Source: an uncultured Collinsella sp. (GTDB lineage Bacteria > Actinomycetota > Coriobacteriia > Coriobacteriales > Coriobacteriaceae). From it: DNA of 64,000 nucleotides. The notes under the pieces were generated by a model. It had not been told where the DNA came from, searched no databases, and saw nothing but the letters and a program-made list of their open reading frames with translations. The number at the start of each line of letters is the position of its first letter. Position 1 is the stretch's first letter. The position numbers were made by a program, and so were the translations under genes. Below are positions 19,358 through 28,208 of the stretch, in pieces. The DNA lies in the NCBI GenBank assembly GCA_902494035.1, contig CABURV010000002.1:530-64529 (forward strand), in the 5' to 3' direction.

Positions 19358-20380
19358 CTACTCGCCGTCGATATCGGTCGCAACAGCCTCCTCAATAGCC
19401 TCGACGCCTTCGACCGACAGATCCTCTTTGCCGTGGCAGAACTTCTTATCGACCCAGCCAGTCAGAATCGGGGCCATGATTGCCGTGATGATGACGGCAG
19501 TGGCGATCTGCGCATACGCGGTGGGCGCAAGCTCGGCATAGCGCGGAGCGACCTCGGCGAGGGCGACCGGCGTGGTCATGGCCGTGCCGGCAATGGTGGA
19601 GCAGGCAACGGCCGCCTTGCCGTTGCCGCCACACAGGCGCTCGAAGGCAAAGGTAATGGGACCGACGATAAAGAGCGTGATGAGGCCCAGCAGGATGCCC
19701 GAAATGCCGCCGGTGATGAAGCTCGAAAGGCTCATGGACGCACCGAGCTGAAAACCGATGACAGCGATCGCGGGATTGGCGCCGGGGACCAGCAGGTTCT
19801 TGATAAACGGGAACAAGTTGCCCAGGACCATGCCGATAACAAGCGGCAGGATGGATCCGATGATAGTGCCGACGGGGATGTTGGCGAGACCCGAAACACC
19901 AAGGATGATCATCGTGACGGCGGGGCCGGCCGTAAAGAACAGGATACCGACAGCGCCCTGCTCGGACTCATCGCCGAACTCGCCCATGATGCCCGTATAG
20001 AGCGCCATGTTGCAAAACGTAATGCCGCCGATGATGGAAACCGAACTCAGGCCTAAAAAGTTATCGTTAAAGAAGTACGCGACGCCCAGACCCAGCGCGG
20101 CTGCCACTACAAGCTTAGGAACCAGCACGACGATGCCGGTCTTGATGGCGCCCGGCGTGGACTTAAAGCTGATGCCGGCGCCCACGAACAGCAAGATCGC
20201 GGCAACGATGGTGTTGGAGCCGCCGCGGCAGGCAGCCGTAAAGAAGCCGCCGACTTCAAAGACCTGTGGGCAGAAGGTATTGAGCAAAAGGCCGACGATC
20301 ATCGGATAGATCATGATGTCGCCCGGGATGCGCGGTACCTTGAATTTCTTTTGCTCGTTGGCGGTCGCTTCCTGTGCCAT
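19358..20380 (-). CDS. kdgT: 2-keto-3-deoxygluconate permease family protein
   Basis: IPGDIMIYPMIVGLLLNTFCP, IGMVLGNL, GFQLGA, STIAGTAMTTP, AQIATAVIITAI. Confidence 0.8.
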   Translation of the reverse strand: MAQEATANEQKKFKVPRIPGDIMIYPMIVGLLLNTFCPQVFEVGGFFTAACRGGSNTIVAAILLFVGAGISFKSTPGAIKTGIVVLVPKLVVAAALGLGVAYFFNDNFLGLSSVSIIGGITFCNMALYTGIMGEFGDESEQGAVGILFFTAGPAVTMIILGVSGLANIPVGTIIGSILPLVIGMVLGNLFPFIKNLLVPGANPAIAVIGFQLGASMSLSSFITGGISGILLGLITLFIVGPITFAFERLCGGNGKAAVACSTIAGTAMTTPVALAEVAPRYAELAPTAYAQIATAVIITAIMAPILTGWVDKKFCHGKEDLSVEGVEAIEEAVATDIDGE

Positions 20381-20521
20381 GAAACCCCCATTTCCGCTGA
20401 CGCAGAACAAAAGCCCACGTCACGCTTTGCTACAGTAAAGTTTGACCATGGTACCAGAAGAAGCAGACCGCCTCGGTGAGAAATTCGATTCGTTAGGCCG
20501 GGACGATAACGCGTCCTGCTC

Positions 20522-20845
20522 CTATACGAGGCTCAAAACGATATAGAACACGATGCCCGAAACGCAGCACCACAACATCGACTTTGTCTTGATTGCCACC
20601 GCTACGACGCCGGCGGCCGCAATCCAGGGAACCAAGGCAGGCCAGAGTCCCGCGTCGAACGCGCCGGGGTTCACCAAGTCGTTGGCGACCAGCGCGGCAA
20701 AGGCAGCGGGCGGGATATAGCCCAGGGCCTCGGTAATGCGGGGCGACAGGGTCCGCCCGCGCAAGGCGAACGCCGGCGCGATGCGAAAGAACGCGATAGC
20801 AGCCCACGACGACAGCCACAGAACCAAGAACTCGTTAACGGGCAT
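20522..20845 (-). CDS. azlD: AzlD-like branched-chain amino acid exporter subunit
   Basis: LGYIPPAAFAALV; start overlaps the end of azlC. Confidence 0.75.
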   Translation of the reverse strand: MPVNEFLVLWLSSWAAIAFFRIAPAFALRGRTLSPRITEALGYIPPAAFAALVANDLVNPGAFDAGLWPALVPWIAAAGVVAVAIKTKSMLWCCVSGIVFYIVLSLV

Positions 20846-21527
20846 CGCGGGCACCTCTTCCGTCAAATACAGCATCGCACGCCAGCGCAATGGCAATGCC
20901 GACCACGACACTTGCCGGCACGGCAATATTCGTGAGGCCCAAGAACTTGCATACGGAGACGGATACCGCACCCGAAACCGCCGCGACAACGTTGCCGCGC
21001 GACAGCCGCTGCGAAAAGAGCAGACAGATAAAGAGCGAGGTGCAGACAAAGGCTGCAATGGCGGTGGGAACATCGACAACGGCGCCGACGATAGCGCCCA
21101 TCGTACACGAAACGCCCCATGTTGCGATAAGGATCGCGTTGAGCACAAAGGACTCGCGCGGGCCCCAATCCTCCCCTTCAACCAACTTGGCAAGCGAGAT
21201 GCCATATGCCTCCTCGGTAAGTGTCGCGGCAACAGCCAGCGTCTGACGCTTCGAGGCACCCCTCAGATGCGGCGCGATCGATGCCGAGTAAAGCGCAAAA
21301 CGCGAGGAGATGGCGGCAACGCTCGCGATAATCGAAGGTGCCGGTACGCCCGCCAGCCAAAGATTGCAGATCATAAACTGACCGCTGCCCGTCACAAACG
21401 TGCTGCTCAGGGCAAAGACCATCCAGGGCTCCATTCCCGTCTGTCCCATGATCATTCCGCACGGCGCGCCTATTGCAACATAGGTAAGCATCACTGGCCA
21501 GACGGTTCTAACGATTTTGAGCACCAT
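20835..21527 (-). CDS. azlC: AzlC family permease
   Basis: WPVMLTYVAIG, GSGQF, SRFALYSASI, LTEEAYG. Confidence 0.85.
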   Translation of the reverse strand: MVLKIVRTVWPVMLTYVAIGAPCGMIMGQTGMEPWMVFALSSTFVTGSGQFMICNLWLAGVPAPSIIASVAAISSRFALYSASIAPHLRGASKRQTLAVAATLTEEAYGISLAKLVEGEDWGPRESFVLNAILIATWGVSCTMGAIVGAVVDVPTAIAAFVCTSLFICLLFSQRLSRGNVVAAVSGAVSVSVCKFLGLTNIAVPASVVVGIAIALACDAVFDGRGARDAR

Positions 21528-21653
21528 ACGCTTCTCATCCTGACAAGGTCTCCGAGCCGCATGTAGCGACACGGCAGAATCATCATCCGACAGCAACCGA
21601 GTTCACCTACAATTGCCACCGGATCGAAAGACACAACTTTTTAGGAAGTCATT

Positions 21654-22466
21654 ATGACAGCTATCGATCGAGACCGGGCGCGCGCGGCCTTCAAAAGCTA
21701 CACCGATGCCTACGACGCCACCAACCCACGCATCGCGCTCAAAATCGAGCATACGTACCACGTGGCCGAGGCATGCGATGCCGTAGCGCGCGAGCAGGGC
21801 TGGTCGTCAGAAGATATTGACCTGGCATGGCTTTGCGGCCTGCTACACGATATGGGCCGCTTTGAGCAGCTGCGACGCTGGGACACCTTTAAGGACGCCG
21901 AGAGCATGAGCCATGCGGCGCTGGGCATCGAGGTCCTCTTTGGCGAGAATCCCGCCGATGCACCCGCCGTAACGAGCATCCGCGACTTTATCGATGACCC
22001 GGCAGAAGATGAGCTCATCCGAGCGAGCATTGCCTATCACAGCGATTTCCGTCTACCCGCGCAGCTCGACGTGCGCACGCGAAGCTTCTGCGATATCGTG
22101 CGCGATGGTGACAAGATCGACATTATGCGCACCATCGCCGACAGCACCGTCGAGACCATCCTTAAGGTGGATGAGGACGCATTTCTCGCCAGCCACTTCT
22201 CGGCACCGACGCTGGCCGCCTTTGACGAGCACCGCTGCGTCACGCGCGATGAGCGCGATGAGCCCGCCGACTTCTTGGTGGGGCTCATCTGCTTTATGTT
22301 TGAGCTCGTCTATCCGGCAAGCCGTGCGCTGGCGCGCGTGCAGGGCGATATCTATCGCCTGCTCGACGCGCCCTTTGGCATTACGCGCCCCTTTACCGAT
22401 CCCGCCACGCAAGCGACCTGGGAGCGCCTAAAGGACGAGATGCGCGACTGGCTGGCGCGCGCCTAG
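21654..22466 (+). CDS. HD domain phosphohydrolase
   Basis: LKIEHT, LLHDMGRFEQ, SHA, YHS, RDGDKIDI. Confidence 0.85.
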   Translation: MTAIDRDRARAAFKSYTDAYDATNPRIALKIEHTYHVAEACDAVAREQGWSSEDIDLAWLCGLLHDMGRFEQLRRWDTFKDAESMSHAALGIEVLFGENPADAPAVTSIRDFIDDPAEDELIRASIAYHSDFRLPAQLDVRTRSFCDIVRDGDKIDIMRTIADSTVETILKVDEDAFLASHFSAPTLAAFDEHRCVTRDERDEPADFLVGLICFMFELVYPASRALARVQGDIYRLLDAPFGITRPFTDPATQATWERLKDEMRDWLARA

Positions 22467-23668
22467 CGCTCAAGCTGGGCCAGTAGCTCCTCGACGACCT
22501 CGACGGCATCGCCGACAACCTTGTACTGGGCAGCACCAAAGATGGGGGCATCCGGGTCCTCGTTGATGGCGATAATGCACTCTGCCCCACCGATGCCGGC
22601 AAGATGCTGGATGGCGCCCGAAACACCGATACTCACGAGAAGTTTGGGCGAAACCGATACGCCCGTCTGGCCAATCTGATGGCGATACTCCAACCAGCCG
22701 GCCTCCACGACAGGTCGCGTGCAGCCAAGCTCGGCTCCCAGAGCCTCGGCGAGTTTTCGCATCAGGGGCAGATTCTTCTTGGAACCAATGCCGCGACCCA
22801 CCACGACCAGGCGCTCGGCATCGGCGATCGAAGCCTGCTGTCCCCACTCCTCGGCGGGAATCGAGATCTCGACACGAGCTTTGACGTCTTCTGAAAGCGT
22901 TACCTGGGTAATCGTTCCAGAACGGCTGTAGTCGAAGTCGGGCGCCTTAAAAATACCGGGGCGCACCGTGGCCATCTGGGGTCGGTGATTGGGGCAGATG
23001 ATGGTGGCCATCAAGTTGCCGCCAAACGCCGGGCGCGTCTGCTGCAGCAGACCCGTCTCCGTATCCATCGAAAGCACGGTGCAATCGGCCGTAAGGCCCG
23101 TCTGCAAACGTACGGCGACACCAGGTGCCAGCTCGCGACCAAAGGCGGTCGCGCCGTAGAGGATGGCCTCGGGCTTGCGCTCGGCCACCAAATCGCAAAT
23201 CAGACGGGCATAGGTCTCTGCGTCGTTTTGACACAGACGCTCGTCGCGACAGACCACAACTTCATCCGCACCGGCACAGACCAGATGCTCCAGCTCCTCG
23301 AGCGAGCTCTCGGGGCTCATGCCGACCAATGCCACCAAACGGCAGCCGCGGGCATCGGCAAGCTCACGGCCCTTACCCATCAGCTCATAGGCAACAGGAG
23401 CCACTGTATCGTGCTCGTCGGTCTGCACGAATACCCAGATGTCTCGATATGTATCAAGGTCCGCCGCGCCGGCGGCCTCGTCACGCTCGATCGAGATAGC
23501 GTTGACGGGGCAGGCATCGACGCACCCGCCGCACAGAATGCAGCCGTCGGTTACGCGGGCACAGCGGTTGGGACGCCCACCCTCCACCACAATGCCGCCC
23601 GAGGCGCAGGCACGGACGCAGCGACCGCAACCGATGCAGGCTTCGCTATCGATATTCAATCCGCTCAT
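22463..23668 (-). CDS. etfA: Electron transfer flavoprotein alpha subunit with N-terminal 2x[4Fe-4S] ferredoxin domain
   Basis: CIGCGRCVRAC, CILCGGCVDACP, GLTADCT, RPAFGGN, QIGQTG, GVSGAIQH. Confidence 0.93.
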   Translation of the reverse strand: MSGLNIDSEACIGCGRCVRACASGGIVVEGGRPNRCARVTDGCILCGGCVDACPVNAISIERDEAAGAADLDTYRDIWVFVQTDEHDTVAPVAYELMGKGRELADARGCRLVALVGMSPESSLEELEHLVCAGADEVVVCRDERLCQNDAETYARLICDLVAERKPEAILYGATAFGRELAPGVAVRLQTGLTADCTVLSMDTETGLLQQTRPAFGGNLMATIICPNHRPQMATVRPGIFKAPDFDYSRSGTITQVTLSEDVKARVEISIPAEEWGQQASIADAERLVVVGRGIGSKKNLPLMRKLAEALGAELGCTRPVVEAGWLEYRHQIGQTGVSVSPKLLVSIGVSGAIQHLAGIGGAECIIAINEDPDAPIFGAAQYKVVGDAVEVVEELLAQLER

Positions 23669-24490
23669 CTATGCCATCCCCTCGATAATCTTGGCGAGCT
23701 TTTCCGCCTGCTCGGATGCCGTGCCCTCAACGGTCTCGTACGTTTGATCACGGTCGGGCACAAACGAGCGCACGACCTGTGTCGGCGACCCGGCAAGACC
23801 GCAACGCGCGGGGTCGGCGTTCACGTCGGCGGCACTGACCACGCGCACGTCCGCCTCCTCCGCCGCGCGAATACCGGCAATACTCGGCATACGCAACTGG
23901 CCAATCTCCTTGGCAGTCGTCATCGCGCACGGCATCTCAAGACACACCGTCTCCTCGCCGGCATCGCATCCGTGAACGAGCGCCAGCGAGCCACACGTCG
24001 TAAAGCCCGCGCTTTGCACGCAGCTCACGTCGGTCACGCAGGGAATCTCAAAGGCACCGGCAAGCTCGGGACCAATCTGGGCCGTATCGCCATCCACCGC
24101 CATCTTGCCGCAGATGAGCAGATCGAAGTCCTCGTCGAGCGCCTCGATGCCGCATTTGAGAGCATAGGTGGTCGCCAGGGTATCGGCACCTGCAAAGGCG
24201 CGATCGGTCAGCAGCAGCGCGTCGTCGGCACCTCGAGCGATGCAGTCGCGCAGCAGCAACTCGGTCGCGGGGATGCCCATCGACACCACCGTTACGCGCA
24301 CGTCCATGCCAAAGCCGATAAAGTCGTCTTTCAGCGCCAGCGCGCATTCCAAAGCGCTCGCATCAAAGGGATTAATGACCGTCTGCTTGCCATCGCGCAC
24401 GATGGTATTGGTCTTGGGGTCCATCTTGACCTCGGTGCTGCCCGGCACGGCCTTGACGCACACCACCATATGGAAATCGCTCATCTTCAC
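23669..24490 (-). CDS. etfB: Electron transfer flavoprotein beta subunit
   Basis: VCVKAVP, INPFD, GADTLAT, GKMAVDGDTAQIGP. Confidence 0.93.
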   Translation of the reverse strand: MKMSDFHMVVCVKAVPGSTEVKMDPKTNTIVRDGKQTVINPFDASALECALALKDDFIGFGMDVRVTVVSMGIPATELLLRDCIARGADDALLLTDRAFAGADTLATTYALKCGIEALDEDFDLLICGKMAVDGDTAQIGPELAGAFEIPCVTDVSCVQSAGFTTCGSLALVHGCDAGEETVCLEMPCAMTTAKEIGQLRMPSIAGIRAAEEADVRVVSAADVNADPARCGLAGSPTQVVRSFVPDRDQTYETVEGTASEQAEKLAKIIEGMA

Positions 24491-26088
24491 GCACTCCCTT
24501 TCTGGACGAGCTCATCCAAGAGCTTCTCCGAAAACAGGTTGCCGCGACCCAGCTGCCCGTCGGGATCGAGCTGGAGCTTGAGCCGCGCCGACTCGACCAT
24601 GGCCTCGTGACCGTACATCGTCTCTAAGAAGCCCGCCTTGATCTTGCCGACGCCGTGCTCGGCAGAAACGGCACCGCCCATAGCCGTTACCTCCGCAGCC
24701 CACTGGGCAAACAGCTCGCCACCGCGACGGTAGTCCTGCGCATCGCGCGGCAGGATGTTCACATGCAGATGGTTGTTACCGATGTGCCCCCAGGCAGCAG
24801 ATTCAAGCCCGCTTTCGGCCAGTGTGCGGCGATAGAGGGCCACGACATCGGCAAGGCGTGCATTGGGCACCGACATGTCCGAACCCAGTTTGGTGATGGT
24901 GGGATCCGTGCGGCGACGCTCGTCGATAAGCATGTTGACGCTCTCGGGCACCGCGTGGCGGAAGAACCGCTGGCATTCGCGATCGACTTCGGTGCGCGCG
25001 ACCCATGTCGCATCGTCGCTGCCGCCCGCAAGCTCTAGTACCCACCCCAAGTGATACAGCTCCTCAGTCGCCTGGGCTTCGTCGTCGCAGTCGAGCTCCA
25101 CGTAAACACAGACCTTAGCGTCTTTGTCGAGCGCCGGCAGCGAGGCGAACGCAGTCGACTGCTCGCGCTGGCGACGTAGAATATCCAGGGCGCCAGCGTC
25201 GAAGTACTCGATGGCAGCCGCATGGGACAGGACGGGGCGCACGGAATCGGTAAAGGACACGGCCTTGTCTTCGCTATCGAAAAAGCAGCTCACACCCCAA
25301 ACGACCGCAGGCGCCGCCTGCAGGGCAATCTCGAGCTCGGTGATAACGCCGAGCGTGCCGCAAGCACCGATAAAGAGGTCGATGGCGTCCATTTCGTCCG
25401 CAACGAAATAGCCTGAGGCATTTTTTGTCTTGGGCATGGTGTAGTCAGGAAGATCGAGCTCGAGTGCACGGCCCGCTGCCGTCACGAGCGACAGGCGGCG
25501 GCCCTGGGCAAAAGCCTCGCCGCGCTGAAGCTCAAGCAAATCGCCATCAGCCAGCGCGACGTGGAGTCCCGTGATATGCGGGCGCATGGGGCCGTAAGCG
25601 TAGCTGCGGGCGCCGGAGGCGTTGCATGCCGCCATGCCGCCCAGACAGGCAGATGCCTCAGTGGGATCGGTGGGAAAAAACTGCTCCGGGGCCTCTTGGA
25701 ACTCCTCGTAGGCCTCAAGCGATGCCTGGTCCCAACCAGCGATCGGCAGCACCTTCTTGCTCAGCTGCTTGCGCAGCTCCGAGAGCACGACGCCCGGCTC
25801 CACACGCAGTAGAAAGCGGCCTTGTTCATCGCGGCGAAGGCCCAAGTAGCGATTCATACGGGAAGTATTGAGGATATGCCCGCCGTGGGGCACGGCACCG
25901 GCGGCAAGGCCGGTTCGGGCGCCCTGAACCGTTACCGGGACACGCTCGGCATGGAGCTTTTCCAAAATGGCACGGACCTCGTCTTCCGTTGTCGGAAACG
26001 AGATGCTCGAGGCCTCGCCCGATGCGCGAGACTCATCGCGACCATACTCTTCGAACTCGTCGGTGAAGGGTTTGATGGTTACAGACAC
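24487..26088 (-). CDS. FAD-linked oxidoreductase (LctD/GlcD, D-2-hydroxyacid dehydrogenase family)
   Basis: GARTGLAAGAVP, VEPGV, GGMAACNASG, GTLGVITE, GHIGNNHLHVN, SAEHGVGK. Confidence 0.85.
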   Translation of the reverse strand: MSVTIKPFTDEFEEYGRDESRASGEASSISFPTTEDEVRAILEKLHAERVPVTVQGARTGLAAGAVPHGGHILNTSRMNRYLGLRRDEQGRFLLRVEPGVVLSELRKQLSKKVLPIAGWDQASLEAYEEFQEAPEQFFPTDPTEASACLGGMAACNASGARSYAYGPMRPHITGLHVALADGDLLELQRGEAFAQGRRLSLVTAAGRALELDLPDYTMPKTKNASGYFVADEMDAIDLFIGACGTLGVITELEIALQAAPAVVWGVSCFFDSEDKAVSFTDSVRPVLSHAAAIEYFDAGALDILRRQREQSTAFASLPALDKDAKVCVYVELDCDDEAQATEELYHLGWVLELAGGSDDATWVARTEVDRECQRFFRHAVPESVNMLIDERRRTDPTITKLGSDMSVPNARLADVVALYRRTLAESGLESAAWGHIGNNHLHVNILPRDAQDYRRGGELFAQWAAEVTAMGGAVSAEHGVGKIKAGFLETMYGHEAMVESARLKLQLDPDGQLGRGNLFSEKLLDELVQKGSA

Positions 26089-26433
26089 GCGAACTCCCCT
26101 TTAGCTAACTACAGTGTTTGCAGGGAGATGTTACCGCATCGTTTCGTCGACGTGTTCGAGACCGTCTCCATAATTGGCGATTTTTACGTTCGTGCAATTC
26201 GGCGAGCGGCTTGATTTCCTCGGCAGACGATGCTTTTGACACATATGGCCCCGCCGTCGCCGACCGCGTGATTGTCGCTCGAAAAAAGTTGGAGTATTTT
26301 TTGCCGCCTTTTACCTGCGGAGACGCCAATCCGTCAAGCATTTGGTTAGAAATTGGTCAAGTAGCGGCTGATACGGTCGGCGTCGACAGCCAAAACCGAT
26401 AGAAGTTTTGGCCCCAGAAGCAGGGAGGTTCCC

Positions 26434-26730
26434 ATGGCATATTACTGGCCCCAGTACGGCATCGCCATCGAAGTCGACGACGATCCCCATCTCCTGCCTT
26501 TCGACGAAGAGGCATTCCCCGATACGACGGTCTACCACGTTACCACCGATGTGATCTGCGACCCTGAGTCGTTCTCGGCGCTCGCCCACCACATCGCACG
26601 TATCCACGACATCGAGCTCCCTCCCGACTTCGACGAGCTTGTCTACTCGCGCCGCCTGATGCTTCGCATGCTCTTTGGAGCGGACCCGTCCACCTTTGCG
26701 CGCATCTATACCGCCAAGGATGCCGCATGA
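26434..26730 (+). CDS. Small protein resembling a degenerate Vsr/DUF559-like domain
   Basis: GGGAGG RBS, ATGA overlap with the next gene; YWPQYGIAIEVD; C-terminal half resembles that of 52497..53630. Confidence 0.65.
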   Translation: MAYYWPQYGIAIEVDDDPHLLPFDEEAFPDTTVYHVTTDVICDPESFSALAHHIARIHDIELPPDFDELVYSRRLMLRMLFGADPSTFARIYTAKDAA

Positions 26731-27236
26731 GCGCGAAAAAGCCACCCCACTTTGCAGGTCTGAGTCGTCGCAAGAAGCCCATCGTTGCCTGCTTGGCCAT
26801 CGTCTGTGCCCTTGTCGCCGTAGGACTATACGCTTGGCAGTCGCAGCCCGTACCCGAGGCGGGCGCTTCGGTTACGACGGCCGAGGGCAAAACGCGTCAG
26901 GAAATCCAAGATGAGCTCGACGCCATCGTCCGCGACAACATGATGACGATTTCGGTCGCACCGGTCGCTCAGCTGCAGGAGGACGGCAAGCTGCGCGTCA
27001 ACGTGCAAAACGTCCAAGACAACAAGTTTCCCCAGCGATTCCGCGTCATCCAAAACGACGAGACCATGTACGAATCCGGTGTGGTCAAGACCGGCAAGAC
27101 AATCGAAACGTGCCCCGCCGGCGACATCAAAGAAGGCGAGGCGTACATCGAGATCCAGGCACTCGATGCCAAGACCCTCGACAGCCACGGCAATCCGACA
27201 CGTGTCAAGGTACGGGTTGAGCAAGCCGAGAACTAG
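26727..27236 (+). CDS. Membrane-anchored extracellular protein (beta-rich domain)
   Basis: Basic N-terminus, one TM segment, then a beta-rich domain (MYESGVVKTG). Confidence 0.75.
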   Translation: MSAKKPPHFAGLSRRKKPIVACLAIVCALVAVGLYAWQSQPVPEAGASVTTAEGKTRQEIQDELDAIVRDNMMTISVAPVAQLQEDGKLRVNVQNVQDNKFPQRFRVIQNDETMYESGVVKTGKTIETCPAGDIKEGEAYIEIQALDAKTLDSHGNPTRVKVRVEQAEN

Positions 27237-27325
27237 CTTTCCGGCCGACGCGGCGCCGCACGCAATTCACCAGCATTCGTCCAATCATCGCGGGGACGGC
27301 CCGCGGCGAATAGAAAGGAACGACC

Positions 27326-27925
27326 ATGGACATCACCAGGAACATGAACGGAGCCAAAGCGCTCGTCGTGGGCGCAGGGCTCGCGCTCGCGCTCGCAATG
27401 GGCGCCGCCCCGACGCCAGCTATGGCAGCCGGGCGCGTTGGAACCACGAAAGTAATGGTCAGGACCGAGATCGACAACGTTGAGTTCAAAGTTCCGACGG
27501 TTATTCCCTTCGTCGCCAAGGCCGACGGCACGCTTCAGGGCCCCTCAGAAGACGCGACCACCATCGACAATCATTCGGCCTACGGCATCCATGTCACCAA
27601 CATGAAGATCGACGCCATGAACACCTGGACCATTGCTGCCGACGCCAAAGCCGGAACCGCACAGAACTCCATCGACTTTAAGGTCGGCCCCGACGGGGAA
27701 CTCCAGAACGCCAGCGCCGCAATGCAGGGGACGGGCCTCGATCTTTCCAAGAACGCAGCCTTCGACATGGGCTACCAGGGCATTGCCGGCGGCACGGACA
27801 AAATTAAGCTCAAGACAAGCGGAAACGTCGCCCGCGTCACGCGCGACATCTTCCGCGTAACCGGCGAAGGCGATCAGGTTGCAACGATCACCTGGACGGT
27901 CGAGCCCGGTGCGCACACGGCATAA
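27326..27925 (+). CDS. Secreted surface protein with WxL-like C-terminus
   Basis: GAAAGGA RBS, signal peptide ending AMA-A, C-terminal VATITWTVEP. Confidence 0.75.
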   Translation: MDITRNMNGAKALVVGAGLALALAMGAAPTPAMAAGRVGTTKVMVRTEIDNVEFKVPTVIPFVAKADGTLQGPSEDATTIDNHSAYGIHVTNMKIDAMNTWTIAADAKAGTAQNSIDFKVGPDGELQNASAAMQGTGLDLSKNAAFDMGYQGIAGGTDKIKLKTSGNVARVTRDIFRVTGEGDQVATITWTVEPGAHTA

Positions 27926-28190
27926 GGCCGTCGCCCTGGCCGCCGCCGTCAGCATCCTAGCGTTTGGGCCAGCCATGGCCTTTGCCCAGCAAGAACAGGC
28001 GCAGGCCGCCACGCAAGTGACGGTCGACCTCTCGGAGCTCGACCGCGGCGACCGCGAAGAACCGTTGGCGCAGACAGGCGACAGACGATGGCTCTTGGCA
28101 GCAGGCGCCACAGCAGCAGGCGCGGGGACCGCTGGCCTCGGTCTGCACATCAAACGCAGCCAGAAACAAAACACGGACAGGCCGCACTAA
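27909..28190 (+). CDS. Small sortase-anchored protein (LAQTG sorting signal)
   Basis: Signal peptide (AFA-Q), about 30-aa mature part, LAQTGD, hydrophobic stretch, KRSQK tail. Confidence 0.7.
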   Translation: MRTRHKAVALAAAVSILAFGPAMAFAQQEQAQAATQVTVDLSELDRGDREEPLAQTGDRRWLLAAGATAAGAGTAGLGLHIKRSQKQNTDRPH

Positions 28191-28208
28191 ATTAGCTAAG
28201 GAGACCCC

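Noticed and set aside
20846..21259. N-terminal extension of the azlD ORF (similar over-long starts in the track for cutC, purL, XRE, MFS, PTS, def)
   Set aside because: Overlaps neighbouring genes or promoters; downstream starts have better RBS and family-typical N-termini
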